Shown here one piece after another: positions 1 to 10,300 of a DNA stretch of 64,000 bases. Numbering within the stretch: position 1 is the first letter of the stretch; each line of letters opens with the position of its first letter. The notes below the pieces were generated by a model. It was given only the letters and a program-made list of their open reading frames with translations, searched no databases and was not told the DNA's origin. This DNA comes from an uncultured Nitrososphaerota archaeon (lineage in GTDB: Archaea > Korarchaeota > Korarchaeia > Korarchaeales > Korarchaeaceae). The stretch is from the NCBI GenBank assembly GCA_964594835.1, contig CAZQNA010000005.1, positions 85,419 to 149,418 on the forward strand. The letters are read 5' to 3'. The position numbers and the translations under genes are program-made.

Positions 1-555
1 GAGAAGGGCTACGTCTGGAAGACCTACCCGCTCCCGGCCCCGCAGAGGGGGTTCGCCGAGTGGTTCGACGGGACGGGCGCCGCCAACTCCAAGACCGTCA
101 CGGTGACCCTGGCCGACGGGTCTACTAGGCAGTGGACCGTCTACCCGGTCGACGGCGACACCATAAACGTCAACGGCACCAACTACAATGAGGGTGACGC
201 TATATCCGCCGGCGGCACCGACTTCCTGGTCTCGTGGGTCCAGGACACGCTCGGCACCGGCGCCGGGAAGGTGGTTGTGTCCGCCGAGGGGACCTACGAG
301 AACCTCAACATGGATGTCTTCAACCCGGTGGTCGTCCACTACTGCGTGATAGGCGAGGGCAACTACAACCTGACCGACATATTCGTGGTGGGAGTCGATC
401 CGAGGAACACCCTGGACGCCACCGCCGTGTTCATGCCCTCCGCGGGCGTGGAGCTGGGCGCCGCGACCTTCGAACAGTGGCTCGTCATCGCGGCCGCCGC
501 CATGGTGATAGCGGGGGTCCTCCTCGAGAGGAGGAGAAGGGCCCCCTCCCGGTGA
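1..555 (+). CDS. C-terminal part of a membrane-anchored cell-surface protein (5' end outside window)
   Basis: Frame 1 is open from base 1 (EKGYVWKTYPLPAP...). Beta-rich N/T/G/D sequence, YNLTDIFVVGVDP motif, C-terminal TM helix (WLVIAAAAMVIAGVLL) and basic tail ERRRR. Confidence 0.8.
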   Translation, partial: EKGYVWKTYPLPAPQRGFAEWFDGTGAANSKTVTVTLADGSTRQWTVYPVDGDTINVNGTNYNEGDAISAGGTDFLVSWVQDTLGTGAGKVVVSAEGTYENLNMDVFNPVVVHYCVIGEGNYNLTDIFVVGVDPRNTLDATAVFMPSAGVELGAATFEQWLVIAAAAMVIAGVLLERRRRAPSR

Positions 556-587
556 ACCTTTTTTCCGGCTGGGTGGGGCGTCGAAGT

Positions 588-1385
588 ATGCCCTCCCGTC
601 CCCTCTTTGCTTTTTTCGCGTCAGTGCTCCTGATCGCTCTCTCCGCGACGCTACCCCTAGTCGAGGCCGCCCAGGGGGAGTACAACCCGCTGGTGTACGA
701 AACCCTGGAGGTGAGTGCCCGGGTCTCGGGTGGGGGCTCCGTGACCGTAACGATTAGGGCGACCCTCAGGAACGACGGAAGGGTGCCGGTGGTCCCGGGG
801 TATGGGAAGCTCCCCGTGGGCGGCGTCAGGCAGAGGACAGCGGGGGGACTTCCGCTGCCCGGTGAGAAGAGGGTGAACCTGTCCGTGAAGGTGCTCTCCG
901 CCAGGGACCTCACGAGGGGGCTGGACATGGAGGTCGTACCCCTCTGGGAGAACGGGTCCCTGGTGCTCCGCTACTCCCTCTGGCAGCCGCTCAAGCCAGG
1001 GGAGGCCGAGTCCTTCGAGCTCACGCTCAGGATAGACGACGGGGTTGCCAGCGGAGTCCTCTTCGACGAGTTCGCCTTCGGCGTCGGACCGGTCTCTAGC
1101 AGGGTCGAGAGCGGGAGGGTCGTCGTGGTCCCGCCCGACGGGCGGACGATCACATACGCCTCCCCCCGCCCCGACGCCAGGGGAGGGGAGGGCTCCGTGG
1201 AGTGGGACCTGTCCGGACTCCCGTCTGGCGGGAGGGTCAGGGTCTGGGTGGAGTTTAGCCCCCTGCCGCTGCCTCTTCTCCCCGTGAGGGGGTACCTCCT
1301 CCTCTGGGGAGTCGTAATAGCGGCGGCCGGCTCCGCCATACTCCTCCGGGCGATCAGGGGGTCCGCCCAGAGAGGGCCCCCTTGA
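588..1385 (+). CDS. Exported membrane-anchored protein (signal peptide, beta-sandwich domains, C-terminal TM)
   Basis: ATG588 precedes a signal peptide (PLFAFFASVLLIALSATLPLVEA); C-terminal TM YLLLWGVVIAAAGSAILL. The upstream part of track ORF 234..1385 is a shadow of the previous gene. Confidence 0.75.
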   Translation: MPSRPLFAFFASVLLIALSATLPLVEAAQGEYNPLVYETLEVSARVSGGGSVTVTIRATLRNDGRVPVVPGYGKLPVGGVRQRTAGGLPLPGEKRVNLSVKVLSARDLTRGLDMEVVPLWENGSLVLRYSLWQPLKPGEAESFELTLRIDDGVASGVLFDEFAFGVGPVSSRVESGRVVVVPPDGRTITYASPRPDARGGEGSVEWDLSGLPSGGRVRVWVEFSPLPLPLLPVRGYLLLWGVVIAAAGSAILLRAIRGSAQRGPP

Positions 1386-4300
1386 GGGGGAGGATCGTAG
1401 TGAGATCTATGGCCGGGCTGGCGGGTCTCCTGCTTCTCCTATCCGCAGCGGCGATCTCGCCGCCCGGGCCCCTGCCAGCCTCGGTCTCAGGCCCAGGTCA
1501 GGCCGCGGCGGGGGACCAGAACGCCTCGGTCCCCCCGGAGATCGTCCTTGTGAGGCCCCACCTGAATCCCTGGGACAACCTGACCGCGATCATCAGGTCC
1601 CCGCAGGGGGTCGAGCCGTCGGCGGACATATTGACCCCGGACAACCGGTCAGTCAACGCCTCCTCCTACTTGCGCCCCAGAGGGGGGAGAACCTGGGCCC
1701 TGGAGTTCCCCCTCCCCTCGATATCCCCGGTGCCCCTGGGGACCTATCGCCTCCGGGTGCACTCGGGCGGGGCGGCCTCAGAGGCCAACTTCACGGTCGA
1801 CTCCCTCAGTGTGAGCGCTGTAGGCCGATGCTGGTCGGACTCCTGCAGGCTGGAGATCCGGGTGGAGAGCGCCCTCGCAGGGGGGCCGGTGGAGGCCAAC
1901 GCCACAGTCGCGATATCTGGCCCGGACAACGCGACCCTCTTGGCCAGGGACATACCCGTCGCTGGGGAGGCCAACTTCACCTTCTCGCCGTGGATGCCCG
2001 GGGAGTACCTGGCCAGGATATCCGCGGAGGACGCCAGGGGGATCCGGGGGGAGGGGGCGGCCCTCCTCAGGGCCCCCGCGCCAGGGATCGAGCTTACGCT
2101 CGTGCCCTCCAAGACACGGTACTCGCCTGGGGAGACTATCTCGGCGCTGATCAAGGCAAACGTGACCCTCGACTGGGTCAACGCGTCCCTCAGAACCCCG
2201 GGAGGGCGGGTCCTCCCCCTCTCCGCCCTAAGGGTGAACGAGACCTCCTGGCTGGTGGAGTACCCTCTCGTAAGCCTCGTGGAGCTGGGCGAGTACGGGC
2301 TCTCCGCCGTTGGCTGGGTTGGAGAGGACACGGGAACGGACGAGATCTCGATCTGGATCGACGTGCTCGAGGTGGAGGCAGAGGCAGACGTCGAAACCGG
2401 TCTGATCCTAGTCAGGGTGTCAGGGGCGGCCGCGGGGGAGGTCTCTGGGGCGAACGTGACTGTTGGGCTCTCCGGCCCCCTGAACCTCTCGACCTGGGGG
2501 GTCACGGAGGGCGGCCTGGCTGAGCTCCCACTCCCGGATCTCCCCCCGGGGAACTACTCCTACTCCGTGGAGGCCATTTGGGGGGACCTGTCGGCTGAGG
2601 CGCGGGGAGCCCTGCAGATTTCAGGGGCTCAGCTCCAGGCCCCACGGCTGCTCGTGCCCAGGGAGCTCAGGTTCAGGGTTGGGGAGGGCGTCTCGGTCTC
2701 GGGAGGGATCACCCCGGGGACGGCCCTTGTCGGCAACATCACGGTGTCCTACACACTCACCGGACCGGACGGCCGCGTGCTCTCCGAGGGGGAGCTGGTC
2801 GTCAATGCCCCGGGGAACTTCACGCTCCATCTAGGAGATCTCAGCCCCGGCAACTACACCCTGAGCGTCGTCGCGAGGCTGGGAAGGCTGACGGCCAGGG
2901 GAACCACTTCCATTGCGGTTCTGGGAGTCGCAGGGCCTTGCGCACCCGCGGGGGAGGCGTCTGGGGTTCCCGTATCCGTCGACGGTGCCTGCATAGAAGA
3001 GGTCCTACCGGCCGAGCTCCCAGAGGGGGCTTGGCTCTTCGCCGGTCGGAAGGTCGTGGCCCTCTCCGTCAGCCTCAGGGGGAATCCAGGCTTTGAGGCA
3101 GAGCTGGAAATCGGGAGAGGCAGTCTCTTGGCGGTTGTGGGACCCGACTGGAACCCTCTGAGGCCGCAGGTTGCAGAGGGCGGTCGCAGGATAAGCCTCC
3201 TCGACGGGGGATGGTCGGACCCCGACGGGTCAGCCGACGGGAGGGCCTCGGTCGTCTTGTTGGTCGAGCTGGCCCCGGCCCTATCGGGTCTGCCGGCCGG
3301 TGGGCCGGTTGAAGTCGCCGGTCGGACCCTTCCCCCGGCCGAGAGGCGGGGAGCCCGTGAAAAGTTGGTCAGGCCCGCCCTCGTCAAGGTCCTGGACGAG
3401 TTTGAGGCCAGAGGCCGGGACGGCACGTGGCGGGTTCAGTGGCTCGAGGTCCTGCGACCCGGGGCCTACCGACTCGACCCCAAGCTCGGTGGGGCGCGCG
3501 CCGTCGCCCGCCTGAGGGGGGTCAGCCTGGAGGCCCGGGAGGGCCAGTTCCTCTTTGACTCCCCCGGCAGGGTCCTGGTGGAGGTCTTAATTGACGAGGC
3601 TCCGGCGGCCCCTCCCGCGAGGCAGGCGATCGTCTCGCCGGGCAAGCTCCTGGTGGAGCTCCCGGACAAGCGGGAGGGTGAGTGGAGGAGGGTTACAGTA
3701 GAACTCCCGCCCGGAGCCTTGGTCAGGAGGGTGCTGGCCCTCGGCAACGTGACGAGAGATGTGGAGACCTGGTATCAGTCGGGGACCAGGCTGGTCTTCT
3801 ACGACGACCCCAACAGGTACTACTACATCCTGTACGACGTCCCCGAGTGGTGGGATCCTGACGGGCCTAATTCGGGGGAGGACTGGCACTACAGGGTGCC
3901 CATCTCGGTTCCTGCCGGAGATCAACACCAGATGGTCATCGTTGATGTCAACTTCACGGATCTCCTGCTGTCCCTCGACGTTACGGGCACGCTCGACAAC
4001 AACTCCGTCAGGGTGGTGGATCCGAGCGGGAACCTAGTTCCAAGGCAGGAGTACATCCCCACGGGCCCGGGGGTGGGCACGATCAAGTTCCTGCTGCCGA
4101 GCGACCTCTCGAGCCAGGAGACCTTCTACGTCTACTTCGACGTGCTGGAGAACGGGGCGAAGTCCCCCCTCAACACACTGAACACCGGAGTAGACAGGGG
4201 TGACCTGGCGTACTGGCTGCACGGCAAGTCCCCGGGATGGATCTCGTCCGTGATAGGAGCCAGCCCTAGGGGGCCCTACACCATCGACGGTGGCACAACG

Positions 4301-7300
4301 GGGTTCCCACCCCCGAACCCCCGGATCATAGTGGACGACGGCCTACCGGCCGTGGGAGAATATTCTCTAGTCCTCGGGTACAGGGTGAACGAGTCTGAGG
4401 ACAGAACGCCCAACGGAGAGAACACCTGGGCCGCCTATGAGATCACGGTCCCCAGCGGCGGGGGCAGCCTGACCTTCTGGTTCAGGGTGGAGTCCTGGGA
4501 CTCCCAGTACTTCGACTACCTCATCGTAACCATAAGGGACACGGGCGGAAACACGCTGGACACGGTCCTGGTCTACAACCCGAACCCCGGCACGTCGTAC
4601 GGGACCTTCGCCGACTCCGGGTGGTGGATAGCTACCGGTTACGACCTCACCCCCTACGCCGGGCAGACCATCCGCGTCAACTTCACCGTTCACACGTACT
4701 GGGACGACTGGTACAAGACCTGGGCCTACGTGGACAACCTGATATGGTGCAACCTCTCGGCCACCGTCTTGGCGGACATGGCGGAGGGGTTCGGGGTCAA
4801 CCTGACCGAGCCCTCCGGCCCGCAGACGTTCGGCCCCCTGAGGATCGTCGCACGCGTCGACGCGTCTCCCACAGGTGGGATCTTGGCCAGGGTCTACGGC
4901 CCCTCGGGCGACCTCATCGCCTCAGGTCCGCTGTACGACGACGGGACCCACGGAGACGCCGTGGCCGGAGACGGGGTCTTCACCAACGACGACATCTACA
5001 CGATATCCCCGGGGGACCCCCTCGGCGGCTGGAGGGTGGTCGTGCTCGCCAACGACTCGTCCGCGTCCACGCACTCTCCGTCGTACGACGGCCTGATCCA
5101 CATCCCGGGGAGGCCGTACGAGGTGAACTACACCGACTTCTTTAACGTGGACGAAGCCTCCTTCGAGGTCAGGGCGAACCTCACGGGGATCGTCCACGAG
5201 GACCGCTGGCCCCTGGCCGCCGGATACTCTCTGGGGGTGGACCTCCCGGTCCCGAGCGCATCGGTTGGTCTCTTCCTGGACGACGGGGACGGCGAGTTCG
5301 ACCCGTACTCCGACCCACTCGTCCGGGTGGTCCAGACGAACTCCGCTGGTGGGTACAGCTTCCTAGCCAGGAACGGCACGTACTGGATCGTGGTGGACTC
5401 CAAGACGGTCACCTCTCCCAGGGGTCTCAACGCCGGGAGCGACTGGGGCGAGACCTGGGCCGAGGGGACGTACGTGGTGAGCTGGGACGGCTCCGCCCAC
5501 AGGGGCTCCCCCGACTTCGGGGGCAGGGACCCAGAGGTGAGCGACGCCTGCAGCCTGGACGTCATCTTCTACGACGGCCTTGAGACGTGGACTGGCTGGA
5601 CGGACTACGGGGCCGGGACTGTCTACCAGTCGGGGGAGCAGTCCTACGAGGGCTCGTTCAGCCTGAAGAAGGACTCGAACAACGACCCCAACGGCGGGTA
5701 CAGGCCGCTGAGCGAGACGGTCGGCAGGGGGATCGTGCTCCAGGGGTACGCCTACAGGCCCGCCCCGTGGTCCGGCGGGTCGATAGACAGGGTCGGCGTG
5801 GAGGACTCGTCCTTCAACGGCTACTCCTTCGCCGTGAATCACAACACAAACAGGATCTGGATAGACAGGAGGGACGGAGGGACGCCAGTCAGGATCTCGG
5901 CCCGCGTCCCCTGGGACCCCCCCGAGAACGGGTGGTACCTCTGGAGGCTGACCCTCTTCGAGAACGGGACCATCGCCTTCGGGGTGTACGACCTGAACGG
6001 GACTCCCCTGGCCGAGGTGAGGGCCACGGACTCGACCTACTCCTCCTTCGACAGGGTGGTCGTCCACGGTGGGTACGAGTACTACGTCGACGAGCTGACG
6101 CTGTGGAGGCCGGGAGGAAGGTGCGAGCACGTCTCTCTAGTCTCGGTGGGAGATTACCTCGGCGAGAGTCTCGACTTCGGCTTCAGCTTCGACGTGGTCG
6201 TGAACTCCCTGGACGAGGATCACGATCCAGCGAACCCAAGGGCGGCGCAGGGGACGCTGAGGCAGTTCATCCTGAATGCCAACGCCATATCTGGCGGCGA
6301 CAGGAGCTGGTTCGTGTTCGCCGTCCCGCCGAACGTGCAGGCGGATCCTTCCCACGCCTGGTGGAGGATAGACGTGAACGACACGCTGGGACAGCTTCCG
6401 GCCATCCGGGACGGGGGCACCGAGATAAACGGCACCGTGTTCGATCAGGACCTCTCCCCGAAGGACGCCAACCCTGGCGCTCTGGGGATCGGGGGGCGCG
6501 TGGGCACCGGACCCGACGGGGTGCCCGGCTCTGGAGACGAGCCCTCCCTCCCCGCCTACAGCCTCCCCGAGGTGGCGATATACGGCCAGGGGCACGACTT
6601 CGACGGCCTCGCGGTGAGCGGGGCCTCCGACGTGAAGATCGCAAACGTGTCCGTCTACGGGTTCTACTCGAGATACGGCCCGGGGGCCGCTGTGCACGTC
6701 GAGTCTGGCTCGGCGCGGGCAGAGGTGTACGGGTGCTTCGTCGGCCTGAGGCCCGACGGCCTGGACCCCGGCGCCGCGGGTGAGGCCAGGAACTCCCAGC
6801 TCGGCGTGCTGGTGGAGGGGGACTCAGCCAGGGTGGTGGACTCGGTCGTCGCGTACAACTGGGGGACGGGAGCCCACTTCTCCGGGTCCGACGTCAAGTC
6901 CGGACTCGTCCAGGGATGCGCGATATTCTCGAACGGCCTCAAGCAGGTCTACGATCCCTCCTCCTCCGGCGGCCCCGACGGCATGTCCGCCGAGGGTCTG
7001 GCGTCCGGGGTCGTCGTCAGGGAGAACCTCATCTCCAACAACACGTGCTACGGGATTGACAGCTGGTTCGCGCCCGGCGGCCTGAGGGTAGCGGAGAACA
7101 ACATCACCCTGAACGGCTGGGCGCCCTACGAGGGTGAGGCGGGGGGCGTGAGGATCTTCGGAAACGGGAGCGTGGTCGAGCTAAACTCGATACACTCTAA
7201 CCACGGGGTCGGCGTCGTGATCGCCAGGACCGCCCCGCCCCCCGGCTGGGGGGCCCCTGGGAACGCCCTCGACAACAACCTCTCCAGGAACTCGATATTC

Positions 7301-10300
7301 AACAACACGGCCCTGGGGGTGGACATAGACAACACCACCCTCGCCGGGGTCGGAAACCCAACCGGTGACGGCGTCACGGTCAACGACGGGGTCCTCAGCC
7401 CCGGAGCCCCGAACCTGAAGGTGGACTACCCCGTGATATCCCACTCCGAGTTCAACGGGACCCACGTGTACGTAGAGGGCTTCATAAACTCAGAGGACAC
7501 AGGATCGGGCTCGCCCGAGTTCGCGGGCGCCCTGGTCGAGGTCTTCATGGTGAACAACTCGCGGCTTGGAGACGATCTGGAGGGCAACCTCCACGGGGAT
7601 AGGTACTACGGGGAGGGCGCCGTATACCTGGGGTCCCTCACAGCCGACGCCGACGGAGAGTTCTCGGGCTGGATTCGGGTGTCAGACCTCCCTGACGGGA
7701 TGAGGCCCGAGGAGGGGAGCCTCCTCACCGCCACGGCCACGATCTCCGGGGCTGGAACCTCCGAGTTCGGCCCCGACGCGAGGGTGCAGGGGGTGAGGAT
7801 CAACGTGTCGGTCCGGAAGTCCCTCTCCCCGTCGACCCCGTGCTACTACGGGGTGACGCTGAACGTCACGAACTGGAGCCCGACCCCCGCCCCGTCCGTC
7901 CGGGTGTACGATGTGATCCCGGCCAACATGGTCCTCGAGTCCCCATCTCCTCCGTACTCGGGGAGTTCCGGGAACGTGTACTGGTGGACGGTCAGCCTCT
8001 CTGAGTCCGGATCCCCGGGATCAAGCCAGCTGATCTCCTACACGCTGAGGGCGGCCGCATGCGGGGCCGTGGAGTACAACCTCTCAGACGCCTTCACGGT
8101 GGGAGTGGATCCCCCGGACGGCTACCTGAACATCTCCGCCTCGGAGTTCATCGACCTGATTCTCTATCCAGACTCGACCTACGAGGTCAGGAGGGTCTGG
8201 GGGTTCCTCACGGTCTCCAACCCAACGGCAGACGTGATCTCCGACGTTTGGCTCTGGATCGACTCCACGGGAATGAGGTTCTATCCCGACTACCCCTACC
8301 CGAGCGGGCTGGAGGTCAGTCCACCGCTCCACATCCCAGAGCTGAGGCCGGGGGACTACTGGAGGTGGAGGTATGAGGTGGATCCGGCCCTGGTTACCCC
8401 TCCAGTCACGGCCGCCGAGACGGCCGCGCCCACCTCCCTGGCCTGTGGGAGGGCGGAGAACCTGTCCCTCTCGATAGCGCTGACCTTCACGGACGACCTG
8501 AGAGACGTCAGCCTCGTGAAGCGGATCCCGGCATGGTTCGACCTTAGGTCGGCGCACGCCAGCGGTGGGACGGTCCGGGTCAGTGGCGACTCCGTCAGGT
8601 GGGACATCGGAGACGTCGTCCGGGGGAGTACTTACGTGCTGAACCTGCTCGGCGCGGCCAGGATGTCCAGTGGGGGCAGCCTTCCGCCTGCCTCCCTCAC
8701 CTTCAAGAGGGACGACGCCATGATACTGGACAGGATAAGGGAGGTTCACTCGGTTGGGGCGGCCTCCATCCAGGTGGAGAAGAATCTCTCGGCCGTTGGC
8801 ATGTCGGTCCGCGCCCGATTCACTAATCTGGCCTCGGACCTCACCTACAACCTGACCAGGGTCTGCGTGTGGGAGGGATCCCCCCCACCTGACGGCAGGC
8901 TTGTCTTCTGCGAGACCCCCCTTGAGTCTATCTCCCCGGGCGACACGTGGGTCGGCCCCTGGAGGCTGGACGCCGGCGCCTCGGGCGTCGTGAAGTACTA
9001 CCCCAGGGCCAACTTCACCGTCGTCCCGGTTGTGGGAGGGGTCCAGGTCCCCCTCTCGGAGGCGGTGAACGGGACCTACTTGGTGAGGGCCTCGCTCATC
9101 GAGCCCAACGTCTCCTGCAGGGGTGCCCCCGCTCCGAGTCCTCCGGAGCTGACCTTCTCCAAGACGGTCGGGCCCAGCGTGGCGTCGATCGGGGACGTGG
9201 TGACCTTCAAGATCAGGGTGTCCAACGTTGGCGGCTCCGAGAGCGGCCTTATAGTCCTGGAGGACGAGCTCCCCGCGGAGCTCTCCTACGTCCAGGGATC
9301 CTCCAGCGTCAACGGCATCCCCGTCGAGCCCGAGCGCTCCGGGGGGCGCCTCAGGTGGGTGCTTCCGCCCCTCTCGCCGGATGGCGGGTGGGAGGTCACC
9401 TTCTCGGCCACAGTGGTCTCGTCGCCTGTCGGAACGGATAGGGTCTACAACGCGGTGATATACGGGGGAGAGGAGGTTGCAAGGGCTCCGCTCGTCATAA
9501 TAAGGCCTTCGGGACCTGCCCCGCCGGTGACCCCTCCCGCGGGGGCGGCCGCACCCAGGCTCTGGCTCTCTAAGGAGTGCTCGCCGGCTGTGGCGTCGGT
9601 CGGCGACGTGATATCCTGCAGGATAGTCCTCACGAACGTGGGCAACGCGACGGCCTCGAACCTCACGGTGATCGATTTCCTGCCGCGGGGGCTGGTCCCC
9701 GTGGAGGGCTCGGAGAGCCCCCCCTCCGCGAGCCTCTCCGCGGGGATGATCGAGTGGAGGGTGCGGGAGCTGCCGCCCGGCGGGGCCTTCGCGGCCCTCT
9801 TCCACGCCGTCGTCACCGGGGAGGCCGGGGGGTCTCTAATCAACGTGGCCCGGGCGCAGAACCTCACGGCCACCTTCAGGATAAACGTCAGGCCTCCGAC
9901 GCCGTTGAGGCCGGTCATCGGCAAGGTCGGAACCTACCTGGGCAATCAGACCGTTCTTTACACGGTGTCGGTTTACTTTCCGGGAGAAGTGAGCGAGGTC
10001 ACGGTGGTCGACAGGCTGCCGGGAGGCGCATCCCTGGTCCCGGGTGGGGTCCGGGTGGCGGGGGCCGAGTACGCCGTCAGGGCCCCCACCGATCGCGTCC
10101 TGAGGATCGTGCTCCGCCCCTCGGGCGTCGGCACGCCGGCCACCGTGACCTACCTCGTGAGACTCCCATCGGGGCTGGCTGGGGACGTGGTGAACGTCGC
10201 CGAGCTCAGGGAGTATGGACTGGCGGCCTCCAGCGTCGTCAGGGTCCCGGCGACCCTTATCACGGCCGCCATGGGGGGAGCGTCGGCGATTCCGGCCATA

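Noticed and set aside
234-587. N-terminal extension of ORF 234..1385
   Set aside because: Overlaps the real upstream gene in another frame; the signal peptide starts at ATG588
8084-9805. 573-aa minus-strand ORF and many other long antisense or alternate-frame ORFs (e.g. 37579-39108, 60944-62440, 5587-6783)
   Set aside because: Shadows of well-supported genes. They are R/G/P/H-rich with no motifs, as expected at high GC3
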